64,000 nucleotides of DNA. Origin: Laetmonice hystrix (lineage: Eukaryota). The stretch is from the NCBI GenBank assembly GCA_965235115.1, contig OZ249436.1:22134001-22198000 (forward strand). The letters run 5' to 3'. Below are positions 26,054-39,334 of the stretch, piece by piece (the stretch's first letter is position 1; every line of letters begins with the position of its first letter). Made by a program: the position numbers and the translations under genes. Under the pieces are notes generated by a model. The model did no database searches. It worked only from the letters and a program-made list of their open reading frames with translations, and was not told the DNA's origin.

Positions 26054-28825
26054 TGGCGCGTGTTGACGCTGGCGCCACCTCGCATCAGCCGGCGCCGGGT
26101 CAGCCAAGCGTAACCACTGGTCACGTTGACACGGTGTGAAATGACACCACTGGCCTGGACTCAGGTGACTGACCCCCTAATTCCACATCTAGGCGTCTGC
26201 CTTTTAACATTTCAGGTTTAATTAGAAAACGCCAACCAAGTGAGTGACACCTGAAAAAGATGTCGTTGACGTCTCGTGGCAGCGATCGGCCAATTAGTGT
26301 GAAGGTACACTGAGTGGGGGGAAGCCATACGGAGGGGCGAGCGATAGCCCGGGGGTACGGGGAATGGGGCCGGGGGAGAGGTGAGGGAGGGGGCCCCTGT
26401 AGAGGTTCGGGTTTGACTAAGGGTTACCGGACAGGGTAATACTAGTTGATGTGTTACTCAACCCCCTCCCCGGATCCGTACCCTAGTAGACATGCGCACA
26501 GTTCTTCCCTCGTTGACCGTCGCCCCAGTGAGAGAACCCGAGGGTGGTATACGGGGGGCGGCCAGGCAGCTGGATTATACCTGAGTCCGTTAGGGAGCAT
26601 ATGCAACCCTAGCTCCGGCTTATGACAGGGTAAAACCCGACACCCTGTGGGGGTAAAGGTGAGCCCGGTGTAAGTGCAAGGGAGGGGCGGAGAACCGTGG
26701 TCGAGTCTGCTGCTTTTGAAGTCCTTTTTATGTCGCGGTGGAGGAAATAAAAGAACAACTTCACTCTATTCATGAAAGACGTTAACAGGTTATATTTAAA
26801 TATTTGTGCGTTTATATAATATATTTTTCATTCGTTCCATGTTTATGTATAATGACCTATAACGAGCTTGTAGTAACGTGAGACGGCGACTGTAGCCAAG
26901 TTTAAACTGACTTGGGTTTTCATTGGTTCGTCGTGTACAGCGTACAACAGAACCTCAGCTCCTCTACGCGACAAGACATCGCATTATTTGTATTAACTTT
27001 CAAACTCTTCATTGTGTAGAGTTATACTTTACCGCAGACCGAGACACTAGTAGAGGGAAAGTCAGTGTATGGCTTAGATCATATACTAACTGGTCGGTTT
27101 AACGATTGGTGTGTGAATGTACATGTAGCTCTATAACATGATTGGATGACGTACAAAAGTTAAACGTTTTTGTGAATATAGAATATACAGCCTGTCCACT
27201 CCGGTGGCCATCCTTCAATCCATCCATCCATTCTTACTTCACTCACCCGTCCCTCCCTCCCTCCGTACGTCCGCCCTCGCTGCCTCCAGTCGTGCCCCAT
27301 CTCTCCTGGGGCCACAAACCAATTACAAACCCGGCAAGCGATGAAAATTAATCTGATCTCGGTGCGGACAAAAAGCATGAAACTGAACCGGTCAGGGACC
27401 GCAGCGCGTGGACACCAATGTTTACAGGCAAATCGGTTGTGCATACTTTCTCGGCCAAAATTCATTTGTCGCGGGATATTAAGTTATCCGAACGGGCGCT
27501 TAAATACCACCAAGTGATATAGTGAGACTGAGGTGGGCAAACAGCGGGCGGGGTATGCTTCTCTCTGGGTAATATGCTGTTTGTTTGCCCCCAACTCCGG
27601 CGGGAAATTGGGCGTGCCACTGCGGACGTGAAACTGGGCACCCTTCTTGGACTCCTGCTTTGGCCGCGGAGTGCAACGGCACAGAGCGGAATTAAAACGA
27701 CAAAAAGGTTATGAATTTCCGTCTGGTGGTAGGAAATCATTTGACACAATGGGATTTACACAATTGTATGAATTGTCCCATGATGCGCCATGAATTAATC
27801 CAACCCCCCTAAGGTTTAATCTGTGCGTGTGTGTTGATTATACAGACATACTGCATGACGTATACCGGACCACCATAACGAGGCCATTTTATGAGGCGGG
27901 GATCGGTATGAGATTCATCAAGTTTTTACATCTTTTCTATGTGTGTTGGGATGTGCGTGTGGGTGTGCAAGTTTTTTTACAATAACATGCAGTATTGGCA
28001 TGTTGATCATATTAAGATCATACTAAGGATTTTATATAATAGATTGCATAACATTGTACATGGTCTATTGTACATGAAAATTGGTACACAGAGAATAATT
28101 ATTACTTACTACTGCCTATATCACGTATTGTATACTTTTGTCTTTACAATAGGTATCATAAACATAACATAATCATAACGTTTTGTCAGATGTATTACTG
28201 TAAATGCTTGCAAGTTCCAGTTTCCAGGATGTCATGTACCATGCAGTTTCCATGCAGATACAACCCGACGTAAAGTCAACCAGACTGTCCTTCATCCTCA
28301 GTGTTTTTATTTTAGTTATCATATACAGTTAAGTTGTGATTATCAGTGAAGCTGTAGTAAAACAATCAGCTCTCTGTCAACCATTGTTTTCATGGATCTC
28401 ATGGATCTGTTCGTGTACCTCACTGTTATTATGTATTAAAGTGTACACGGACTCGGCCTTATACGAGTCTATCGTTTGCCAAATACCCTTAGAACCTAAT
28501 GTGTAAAGTGACATCTCATTCCACATCCATTCGACCTAAGCAAATATCAAGGTAAACATAATAACGCCGTCTGTCTGTCAATGATTCCTTGATATAAATC
28601 GTCTACCACACGCGCCACGCTGGAGGGAAACACCACAGAGCCCCGATTCGCCTCGTTCACACAAAGACCCGTTTGCTGCGACTATTTGATGATATCATTT
28701 CATTAAGTGAGAACTTATTGGATTTGATGAACTCTGTTCGTTGGGCAAATTTGGGCACGAAATGTAATCAATAGGAGCGCTGGCCGAGAGCGACGTGACC
28801 AGAGTCGGCAGGGTTCTTTAGAAAG

Positions 28826-29299
28826 AGTCGAAACAATGGTGGAACAGTCGTGTGGACAATCGAAGCAATGGTCGAACAGTTGTGTGGACAGTCGAAGCAA
28901 TGGTCGAACAGTTGTGTGGACAGTCGAAGCAATGGTCGAATAGTCGTGTGGACAGTCGAAGCAATGGTCGAATAGTCGTGTGGACAGTCGAAGCAATGGT
29001 CGAACAGTCGTGTGGACAGTCGAAGCAATGGTCGAATAGTCGTGTGGACAGTCGAAGCAATGGTCGAACAGTCGTGTAGACAGTCGAAGCAATGGTCGAA
29101 TAGTCGTGTGGACAGTCGAAGCAATGGTCGAACAGTCGTGTGGACAGTCGAAGCAATGGTCGAATAGTTGTGTGGACAATTGAAGCAATGGTGGAACAGT
29201 CGTGTGGACAATTGAAGCAATGGTCGAACAGTCGTGTGGACAATTGAAGCAATGGTCGAACAGTCGTGTGGACAATTGAAGCAATGGTCGAACAGTCGT
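28826..29299. repeat. 32-bp minisatellite, about 15 copies
   Basis: Unit agtcgtgtggacagtcgaagcaatggtcgaac; the ORFs across it show a 32-aa period (3 units). Confidence 0.96.
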
Positions 29300-31381
29300 T
29301 GATCCAAGCAGTCAGTGGACCCTTTTCTATAGGGAGTCCAGGGAGGGACAATGTTCAATCCTGATCAAATGTCACATTCACAAAATGTAATACTAGCTAC
29401 ATAATGTATGAAATGATAGAAATAACAATGTTATAGTTACGTCGGACTATGTCAACCCCGTCACTGCGTACTGCAGTAGAACACCAATAATAACCATCAG
29501 CATCAGCCGACTGCAGAATGAGAACAATAGTCATATGACGTAATGATTATTGAAGTAATCAAAGCATGAGTGTGACAATAACAGTCTACAAACTCTGGGG
29601 GGGGGGGGGGTGAGACAAAGTGTCAGTCAGGGGCTGTCCTTGAAGGTTGGCAGACTGACAGGGCATGGGTCAATGGTCCCCTCGGGATTATGGCAGAACC
29701 CTCATTTATCATTGATCATATACTGGAACCAAATGTTGCTGACATACGACAAGAACAGGAAGATCAAGATATTTAGTTGTAAACATCATGTTGTAATGTT
29801 TAGTTTCAATCGGTTTAATTTTCTTGCTTCGTAAGATTCTTAATGTATTAATACGGTTGAGGTGATGCGGTGTTGTAATTTCCTGACAACTTTATTCATG
29901 AACTCCAAATCAAATAGACTCTGTAAAACCGTAGAAAGAGGCAAGAGTCAAGTATCTGTAAGGATTGCAAGACTTGACTTCAAACAACGTAGAATATTGT
30001 TAAGAAATTTTTTACAGACTTGTATTAAATGGAATTTATTGCGTCTTTCAATATTTACCGTCTCTATATCATCAACCCTCATATCTTCCGATTTCACACT
30101 GCACTTAGATTTTTACTTTCTGGGTTTCACATGACATGATTGGGTTGCTATGTGATGCCTTTTGATTAAGGCCATTTTGATATCCTGCTTTTACTTAATA
30201 GTTGGTGAAGTTGAAAACGAGAAATACAACTCCTGAATGTTGGAGTTAAATGTCGTTTGTTAACAATGTGAGCAGCACGTGCCTACTTGACAAGACCCTT
30301 GTTACCGGCCAACTTGACAGGTGCTCCGTCGTGAAATGGACTTGGGGTCAACTGTAAGGTCGGAGTCATGGTCCAGCGGCGCTCTGCCATCTGGTATACA
30401 GGATGATACGGTCAAATAAAAGTTCGTTTACAGCTTCTGTCGACCAAGTGTGAATAGACCGTCGTCGTCGTTATTTCAACCAGGACAAATAAATAAATTG
30501 CCTTTCACCTCGAGTTTATTAGAGAGAGAACAGACAGAAAGTCTAGATTCTAGGATTGAATAGAGTCATCTATCCGGTCATCATGTCGGCTCAGAGCCAA
30601 TCGTGAGGGTCACGTGACTTACGTTTGAACATTTTAATCGCGAGGTCGGATTTTCGGGGCAGTGGTTCATTGTTTATAAAGTCGTGTCCCCCTCGACGTG
30701 GCACGTGAGCAGACGACGAGCGCCCATCGCCCGGTTGGCTTGGCATGAGGAAGACCAAATGCGGCTAGTTAGGCCAGTCGCAGCGGGCCGAACCTCTCTC
30801 TGGAATATTAGCTCAATAACCGGAAGTTCGTGAAGACAAGAAAAAGTCGGCAGTGACGGTATTGTGGTGGTACTATTGGCGTGCGCAGACCTGAATACAT
30901 GGACCGTGGTTGTCGTTCTGGTCGGGGCCACCTCCTGGTCGAGGGTGACACGGCCGAGTGTGCCGCCCGACGTAAACAAGGCATTACGGCTAAATTTGAT
31001 GTCAATGAAGGCCACAAGGTGGGCGATAAAACGGCGTGTAACAAGCGAGGTTCACTCACAGGTCGGGGCGAACGTTTCCTTCGTTCAGTCCCGTGACTAT
31101 ATGACTCCCACAACGACTGGCATTATTCAGCTTTTAAATAGGAACCGATTCATACTGTGTCTGCGATGTCGAACGCTTAATCTGACCGTCTATACCACGG
31201 TATTTACGAAATAGGGGAATTTCATTTGATATTTTTGGATGTAAAACGCGAGAAGAACCCCATAATTGGTTGACAAAAAACTGGCCCCCAAAACCTTCTT
31301 TCTCACAAAAGTAAAGGTTGAAAAGCAACAAAGCCTAAGATAGAACTAGGTCTGAGACGTTTACTTAGAATTTGACCAATT

Positions 31382-31645
31382 CAGGCGCGTGTCCAGGATT
31401 TTCAGCAGGGGGGTCTCAAAATTTTTTTTAAATTAGAAGTTCTGAAACGCGATTCCCCGCCATTTCGGGGCCATTTTAGGGCATTGTAGATTCATCGATC
31501 AACAGGTTCAAAACGGCGGAAATGCTTAGAAAAAAATTGCTGAACGGGTTCAAAACGGCGGGAATGCTTAGAAAAAATCTATGCTCTGTGAGAGCAGGGG
31601 GGTCCGGACCCCCTGGACCCCCCCCCCCCTCTGGACACGCGCCTG
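31382..31645. mobile_element. MITE, 264 bp, with perfect 15-bp TIRs
   Basis: caggcgcgtgtccag ... ctggacacgcgcctg, flanked on both sides by caatt. Contains an internal ~45-bp duplication (aac(a/g)ggttcaaaacggcgg(a/g)aatgcttagaaaaaa). Confidence 0.85.
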
Positions 31646-32920
31646 CAATTGTCGGATTTGAAATATTCATCAACCCCACAACAATGCGAGTTTGCATGGT
31701 AAACTAATTTGTATAGAAATGCAAAATGTTCATATACTTCTAAACCCATGACACACATCATCGTAAACTTTCAGGTAGCCTACATGGTCCTTCTAATCTG
31801 CACACCACCACAACCCGCCAAATGCCAAATCCTAGCACTGACATTTAGGGCCCAGGCGATAGGATAATTAAAGCACAAAGAAAAAGGCAATTTCAGCAAA
31901 GCACATGTCATGGCGTTTGGAGGAGCCCCCCCCCCCCCCCCCCCCAGCACACCCACACCCACACCCACCCTTTCTCTTATGATATCCCTTTTGTTATGCC
32001 CCCTATAATATCCTCCCCACGTTTTCTTGGCCTTCGGCATACATCTAGAACGTTAGGTTCCCTTCCGTATAACCAGGTGGTTATCAGGTGGTCCTGTTTT
32101 TTTTCCCGTCCAGTCACTCAAAACGGTAATCCGTGGGTGTTGGTGGAGACAGAGCGTTAGGTGACCAGCCGGCCGTGTGGCCGACTGAGCCCGGCGCCGA
32201 CCCACCTGGGCCAGGTCTCGGGCGGAGCGCCCACCCACTGCGCCGGCCTCCACCCTTGGTCCTCTGGGTGCCCCGGTGGGCCGCTCTCCCCGGCTCCTGT
32301 TACCAACACTTGCGTGACACCTTCTCCACCAAAACTCCTCCTCCTCCTCCATCCTCCAACGTTATCAACCAGCTTGCCGTCTGAGTTAGCATCTCTTGTG
32401 GAGCCCGGTCTCACCGTTCATGAAAGGAAGCGGCGGAAAAACAGCCTCCGGCGACGTCGCAACGAATTTGTAGAACTAACTCCGACTAAAGTGAACTTCA
32501 TCACGCACGTTACCTTTGATAGTCGATAAATTGAGCTTTTATCAATTGCGTTCTCCGCCTTTCTGACATAGCATCTTTATAAGAACACACGGCCGCGTGG
32601 AGAAGAAGCAGCCAAGTCCAAGCCTTGGTTCTGTAGGTCCCACTATACCATACACTGCATGCGCCTTTATTTCAGTAACTCAGGTCAAAGATCCCGCCTT
32701 GGGCGACGTACAGCCAACCACGCCGTCTATTTCCTACTTCCTTTTGTCATATATTATCCTATAATTATCAGATAAATGCCGCAACTGTAGTAAACCAAAT
32801 GAATCGACGTCATCAGCATGAAAAAATATAGTGATTAACGACATATATAGTGATGTAATGATGGCTTTGTTTTTAAAGGACCACCCGCTTATTTCTCCAT
32901 CCATCCCACCCCCCAACCCT

Positions 32921-34823
32921 ACCGTGTGGGCCCAGGGGGATATCTAGATTAGACTCCACCACCACCACTACCACCCTCACCGTGTGGGCCCAGGGGGAGA
33001 TCTAGATTAGACCCCACCACCACCACTACCACCCCCACCGTGTGGGCCCAGGGGGAGATCTAGATTAGACCCCACCACCACCACTACCACCCTCACCGTG
33101 TGGGCCCAGGGGTAGATCTAGATTAGACCCCACCACCACCACTACCACCCTCACCGTGTGGGCCCAGCGGGAGATCTAGATTAGACCCCACCACCACCAC
33201 TACCACCCCACCGTGTGGGCCCAGGGAGATATCTAGATTAGACCTCACCACCACCACTACCACCACCACCGTGTGGGCCCAGGGGGAGACCTAGATTAGA
33301 CCCCACCACTACCACCCCACCGTGTGGGCCCCGGGAGGGATCTAGATTAGGCCCCACCACCACCACTACCACCCTCACCGTGTGGGCCCAGGGGGAGATC
33401 TAGATTAGACCCCACCACCACCACTACCACCCTCACCGTGTGGGCCCAGGGGGAGATCTAGATTAGACCCCACCACCACCACTACCACCCTCACCGTGTG
33501 GGCCCAGGGGGAGATCTAGATTAGACCCCACCACCACCACTACCACCCCCACCGTGTGGGCCCAGGGGGAGATCTAGATTAGACCCCACCACCACCACTA
33601 CCACCCTCACCGTGTGGGCCCAGGGGGAGATCTAGATTAGACCCCACCACCACCACTACCACCCTCACCGTGTGGGCCCAGGGGGAGATCTAGATTAGAC
33701 CCCACCACCACCACTACCACCCCACCGTGTGGACCCAGGGAGAGATCTAGATTAGACCTCACCACCACCACTACCACCACCACCGTGTGGGCCCAGGGGG
33801 AGACCTAGATTAGACCCCACCACTACCACCCCACCGTGTGGGCCCCGGGAGGGATCTAGATTAGGCCCCACCACCACCACTACCACCCTCACCGTGTGGG
33901 CCCAGGGGGAGATCTAGATTAGACCCCACCACCACCACTACCACCCTCACCGTGTGGGCCCAGGGGGAGATCTAGATTAGACCCCACCACCACCACTACC
34001 ACCCCACCGTGTGGGCCCAGGGAGAGATCTAGATTAGACCTCACCACCACCACTACCACCACCACCGTGTGGGCCCAGGGGGAGACCTAGATTAGACCCC
34101 ACCACTACCACCCCCACCGTGTGGGCCCCGGGAGGGATCTAGATTAGGCCCCACCACCACCACTACCACCCTCACCGTGTGGGCCCAGCGGGAGATCTAG
34201 ATTAGTCCCCACCACTACCACCCCCACCGTGTGAGCCCAGGGAGAGATCTAGATTAGACCTCACCACCACCACTACCACCCTCACCGTGTGGGCCCAGCG
34301 GGAGATCTAGATTTGACCCCACCACCACCACTACCACCCCACCGTGTGGGCTCAGGGGAGACCTAGATTAGACCCCACCACTACCACCCCCACCGTGTGG
34401 GCCCAGGGAGGGATCTAGATTAGGCCCCACCACCACTACCACCCCACCGTGTGAGCCCAGGGAGTGATGTAGATTAGACCTCACCGCCACCACTACCACC
34501 ACCACCGTGTGGGCCCAGGGAGGGATCTAGATTAGGCCCCTCCACCACCACTACCACGCCACCGTGTGGGCCCCGGGTAGGATCTAGATTAGACCCCACC
34601 ACCACCACCACTACCACCCAGAACGTGTGGGCCCAGGGAAAGATCTAAATTAGGCCCCCTCCCCCACCACTACCACCGTGTGGGCCCAGGGGGATATCTA
34701 GATTAGACCCCACCACCACCACTACCCCCCCCCCCCACCGTGTGGGCCCAGGGAGACATCTAGATTAGACCCCACCACCACCACTACCACCCCACCGTGT
34801 GGGCCCAGGGATACATCTAGATT
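32921..34823. repeat. ~58-bp minisatellite, about 33 copies, with higher-order variant blocks
   Basis: Unit accgtgtgggcccagggggagatctagattagaccccaccaccaccactaccaccctc. Confidence 0.97.
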
Positions 34824-34924
34824 TTTCACATACATCATTGTTTTTGTTCTCAGACCGTAAAGGTATTGGGTCAGTGCGAGATCCTTGGGTCCCCGTGCAA
34901 GTGCTATAATATATCATATAGAGT

Positions 34925-35726
34925 GTTAAACCCATAACCTGGTACAGTGTAGTGTTAACTTTGGTACCTTCGTACACTGTACAGCGTTAACCCCATAAAC
35001 TGGTACAGTGTAGTGTTAACTTTGGTACCTTCGTACACTGTACAGCGTTAACCCCATAACCTGGTACAGTGTAGTGTTAACTTTGGTACTTTCGTACACT
35101 GTACAGCGTTAAACCCATAACCTGGTACAGTGTAGTGTTAACTTTGGTACTTTCGTACACTGTACAGCGTTAACCCCATAACCTGGTACAGTGTAGTGTT
35201 AACTTTGGTACTTTCGTACACCCTACAGCGTTAACCTCATAACCTGGTACAGTGTAGTGTTATCCTTGGTACCTTCGTACACTGTACAGCGTAACCCCAT
35301 AACCTGGGAGGGTGTAGTGTTAACTTTAGTACCTTCGTACACTGTAGGCCTACAGCGTTAACCCCATAACCTGTTAAAGTGTATTGTTAACTTTGGTACC
35401 TTCGTACACTGTACAGCGTTAAACCCATAACCTGGTACAGTGTAGTGTTAACTTTGTACCCTTCGTACACTGTACAGCGTTAAACCCATAACCTGGTACA
35501 GTGTAGTGTTAACTTTGGTACCTTCGTACACTGTAGGCTTACAGCGTTAACCCCATAACCTGGTACAGTGTAGTGTTAACTTTGGTACCTTCGTACACTG
35601 TACAGCGTTAAACCCATAAACTGGTACAGTGTAGTGTTAACTTTGGTACTTTCGTACACTGTACAGCGTTAAACCCATAACCTGGTACAGTGTAGTGTTA
35701 ACTTCCGTACTTTCGTACACTGTACA
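34925..35726. repeat. ~61-bp minisatellite, about 13 copies, each with an internal inverted repeat
   Basis: Unit aacccataacctggtacagtgtagtgttaactttggtaccttcgtacactgtacagcgtta; inverted repeat gtacagtgta/tacactgtac. Confidence 0.96.
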
Positions 35727-36587
35727 ATATTAAACACCAAACCCAGGAGACACGTATCTCATGCAGCTATAGCAGAACATGTGCGGCCCAGTTGCTAACA
35801 GCAAATACTCTCTGTTGCCCGTGTCGCAGTCGTGCCGCAACAAAAGTCAAGAGAAATATTGTTCTTTACCGCCCCACTTGTCTAAATATTGATGCAGACA
35901 TGCGTTCTTTGATCGATCCTTGTGTTTGGGCACGAGTAAAGGGACATTGAACATATATACGGGGAACATAATATAGACATATTGGCTGAGTTGAGGCTAT
36001 TCTTGACAACACCAGAATGGTGTGTATGTTTCAAGGGCAATAATAATAGTTTAAGTATGCATGGCGAGCGGACAGTCACTTAAGTGTGGCGTTCTACAAC
36101 GAAATCTGATTTATTGGGAAAAGAAAGATACACCTTATAAGGGATGTTATGATCGTCTTCCGACACATCGAATCAATGTCGATTGGGTATTATAGGCCTA
36201 TCTAACCTATAATGGTGATACTCATATGTAATTAAATTATTATTACGGAAATACTACTCAAACGAGTTAGGATAACCAAGTAAGTATTTAGTAAGCCAGC
36301 GCTGTTCGAGAACAAGAATGTACATCCAACTTCTACTAGAGACCGAGAGGTCCACCTAATTGTTTAACGTTCAGGGCGAGGCTCTAGTTGGATGCTGTTC
36401 TAATTATACCCCTGGAGACAGGATAGTCAGGGACAGTAAGCTCCCGTGATTTCCGTCCTCTTGTATTGATGTAATATTTATGTATCTGCCGCTGTCATTA
36501 GTACGAGTAGCACGGGGCCCATGTTACATAAAGGTATAACGTTTTCGCCAGAGCCCGGGGGAAGGTTAGTTAGACTCTCAAACTTAA

Positions 36588-36927
36588 AGGTGCTATTCGT
36601 GAACAAAAATTCAATTTTTTTATTTTTAATTTTGTTGACGTTTATGTGATCCCACCTATCATGGAAATAGATTTACAACAAAGGAAATAAAAAATTTTCA
36701 TGGATAACGGCACAAATGGGGCTCTCTCAGAAGGCCTGTGGAGACCCTGACACGCCCCACCATAGGAAATGGCTCTATCTCGGTGCGCACCGAGATAGGT
36801 TTCAAATGCTGCACACAAACTAATAGAAAGTTTATCAGGCCAATGGTATCGGTAGTAATTTTTTCTAGTACTATGTGCACAATGTATGGTAGGAGAAATG
36901 CCATTCTGTGCGAGACGAATAGCACCT
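36588..36927. mobile_element. Kolobok-like non-autonomous DNA transposon (MITE), 340 bp
   Basis: Perfect 13-bp TIR aggtgctattcgt/acgaatagcacct, with TTAA on both sides (36584-87 and 36928-31). A TTAA TSD with purine-purine termini fits Kolobok rather than piggyBac (CCY termini). Confidence 0.85.
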
Positions 36928-37901
36928 TTAAGACATCCGCTGTCAGTCAGCACCACCCAAGTCGCTGTCCATTCTTACCGCCACAATTTTGTCCTGGACA
37001 ATCGGATGACACCGCGCTGACACCTCGGTATTCAGGCCCGATTAGGCGGGCTTGGGGCCGCCGGGGGCCCGGGTCTTAGCGGCGACGTCAGACCGCGGTC
37101 ACATTCACCGCTGACGGCCAGGACGGGACGGCCCACTATATAAAGTCGACGGGTCCGGAGGACGGGGATGGCCCGGCTTGCATGGATTCACCTGGCCCGA
37201 CCAACCCGACGTCTCTATCTCATGACGATCATATTTCACCACTAAAGGACCGCGACACAAACGTTAGCCCGGGGCAAGCTCTTCCATGGAGACACTGAAG
37301 GGCCTACTGAGAGTACTCGGCAGGAGTATGGAGAGTGTGAAGGCTGCTATAGGGTAAACAATCCGGGAGTCGGCTCGTTCTGTCAAAGGAGCAGCACAGC
37401 CAGCCTCTATAAGGATGGACCCTTTGTAGCAACAGCTTAAAGTACCGGCAATATCTCGCCCAGTCAACAGGGGCACATTGTGGACGGAACTTTACGGAGT
37501 CCCGGGGGATATTGTGAACGGAACTTTACGGAGGTCCCGGGGGACATCTGACAGAAACTACTCACATGGATATCTGTGTCCGGCAAGGTGGACGTGCATT
37601 GTTTCCATGTGTTATCAGTGATTTTGAACTTTCCCGGTTAACATTTCTACCTGATGGGACTACGGAATCAAAAGAACTTTGGTGATTTTTTTTATTTCAT
37701 CTTCTTTTATTATTAACCCCCGCATATTTAATGGGCTTGATATTGATGCAGTACCACCTTCCCAATTAATGCATGCACATGTAGATCTCGAAAGTACGGA
37801 AGTGCAGTGCCCCATAAAATATGGACCCATCAAAGACTATTCTACGAAAAGGTCGATAGAAAACGGATATTATACGGATATCAGATTATAAATAGAAAAC
37901 T

Positions 37902-39110
37902 AGATTGTGGGTCCGTGTAGCTGTCATTGTCCCTCAGTCAGACACTGAGAGCTGAACGATACGGGCAGTGTTTGATCCTCCGCTCGCCCGCCGTCACTCT
38001 GACCGACTCCAGATTGTGGGTCCGTGTAGCTGTCATTGTCCCTCAGTCAGACACTGGGAGCTGAACGATACGGGCAGTGTTTGATCCTCCGCCCGCCGTC
38101 ACTCTGACCGACTTCAGATTGTGGGTCCGTGTAGCTGTCATTGTCCCTCAGTCAGACACTGGGAGCTGAACGATACGGGCAGTGTTTGATCCTCCGCCCG
38201 CCGTCACTCTGACCGACTCCAGATTGTGGGTCCGTGTAGCTGTCATTGTCCCTCAGTCAGACACTGGGAGCTGAACGATACGGGCAGTGTTTGATCCTCC
38301 GCCCGCCCGCCGTCACTCTGACCGACTCCAGATTGTGGGTCCGTGTAGCTGTCATTGTCCCTCAGTCAGACACTGAGAGCTGAACGATACGGGCAGTGTT
38401 TGATCCTCCGCCCGCCGTCACTCTGACCGACTCCAGATTGTGGGTCCGTGTAGCTGTCATTGTCCCTCAGTCAGACACTGAGAGCTGAACGATGCGGGCA
38501 GTGTTTGATCCTCCGCCCGCCCGCCGTCACTCTGACCGACTCCAGATTGTGGGTCCGTGTAGCTGTCATTGTCCCTCAGTCAGACACTGGGAGCTGAACG
38601 ATACGGGCAGTGTTTGATCCTCCGCCCGCCCGCCGTCACTCTGACCGACTCCAGATTGTGGGTCCGTGTAGCTGTCATTGTCCCTCAGTCAGACACTGGG
38701 AGCTGAACGATACGGGCAGTGTTTGATCCTCCGCCCGCCCGCCGTCACTCTGACCGACTCCAGATTGTGGGTCCGTGTAGCTGTCATTGTCCCTCAGTCA
38801 GACACTGAGAGCTGAACGATACGGGCAGTGTTTGATCCTCCGCCCGCCCGCCGTCACTCTGACCGACTCCAGATTGTGGGTCCGTGTAGCTGTCATTGTC
38901 CCTCAGTCAGACACTGGGAGCTGAACGATACGGGCAGTGTTTGATCCTCCGCCCGCCCGCCGTCACTCTGACCGACTCCAGATTGTGGGTCCGTGTAGCT
39001 GTCATTGTCCCTCAGTCAGACACTGAGAGCTGAACGATACGGGCAGTGTTTGATCCTCCGCCCGCCCGCCGTCACTCTGACCGACTCCAGATTGTGGGTC
39101 CGTGTAGCTG
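37902..39110. repeat. 105-109-bp satellite, 11 full copies plus one partial
   Basis: Unit agattgtgggtccgtgtagctgtcattgtccctcagtcagacactg(g/a)gagctgaacgatacgggcagtgtttgatcctcc(gccc)ngccgtcactctgaccgactcc; length varies with the number of gccc. Confidence 0.97.
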
Positions 39111-39131
39111 AGTAGCCGTGTAGCCGTGTAC

Positions 39132-39235
39132 GGAGGATCAAACACTGCCCGTATCGTTTAGCTCTCAGTGTCAGCTGTCACTGTCCCTCAGTCAGACACT
39201 GAGAGCTGAACGATACGGGCAGTGTTTGATCCTCC
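39132..39235. repeat. Hairpin with 41-bp arms, built from the adjacent satellite unit
   Basis: ggaggatcaaacactgcccgtatcgtttagctctcagtgtc, a 22-nt loop, then gacactgagagctgaacgatacgggcagtgtttgatcctcc; one mismatch. Confidence 0.92.
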
Positions 39236-39334
39236 TGGATCCGGACTGGATCAGACCGTTCTGTGATCCAAACCGGCACCTGGGCCCGGTACGACCAAAT
39301 GTTTGTACAACGACAGACCTGACAGTCACAGTCC

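Noticed and set aside
29860-30130. Protein-like minus-strand frame (FHLIQVCKKFLNNILRCLKS…) as a decayed transposase
   Set aside because: Interrupted by stops, with no diagnostic motif or TIRs.
37902-39110. CRISPR-like array
   Set aside because: Whole units repeat with no unique spacers, the context is eukaryotic, and there are no cas genes. The same applies to all other arrays.
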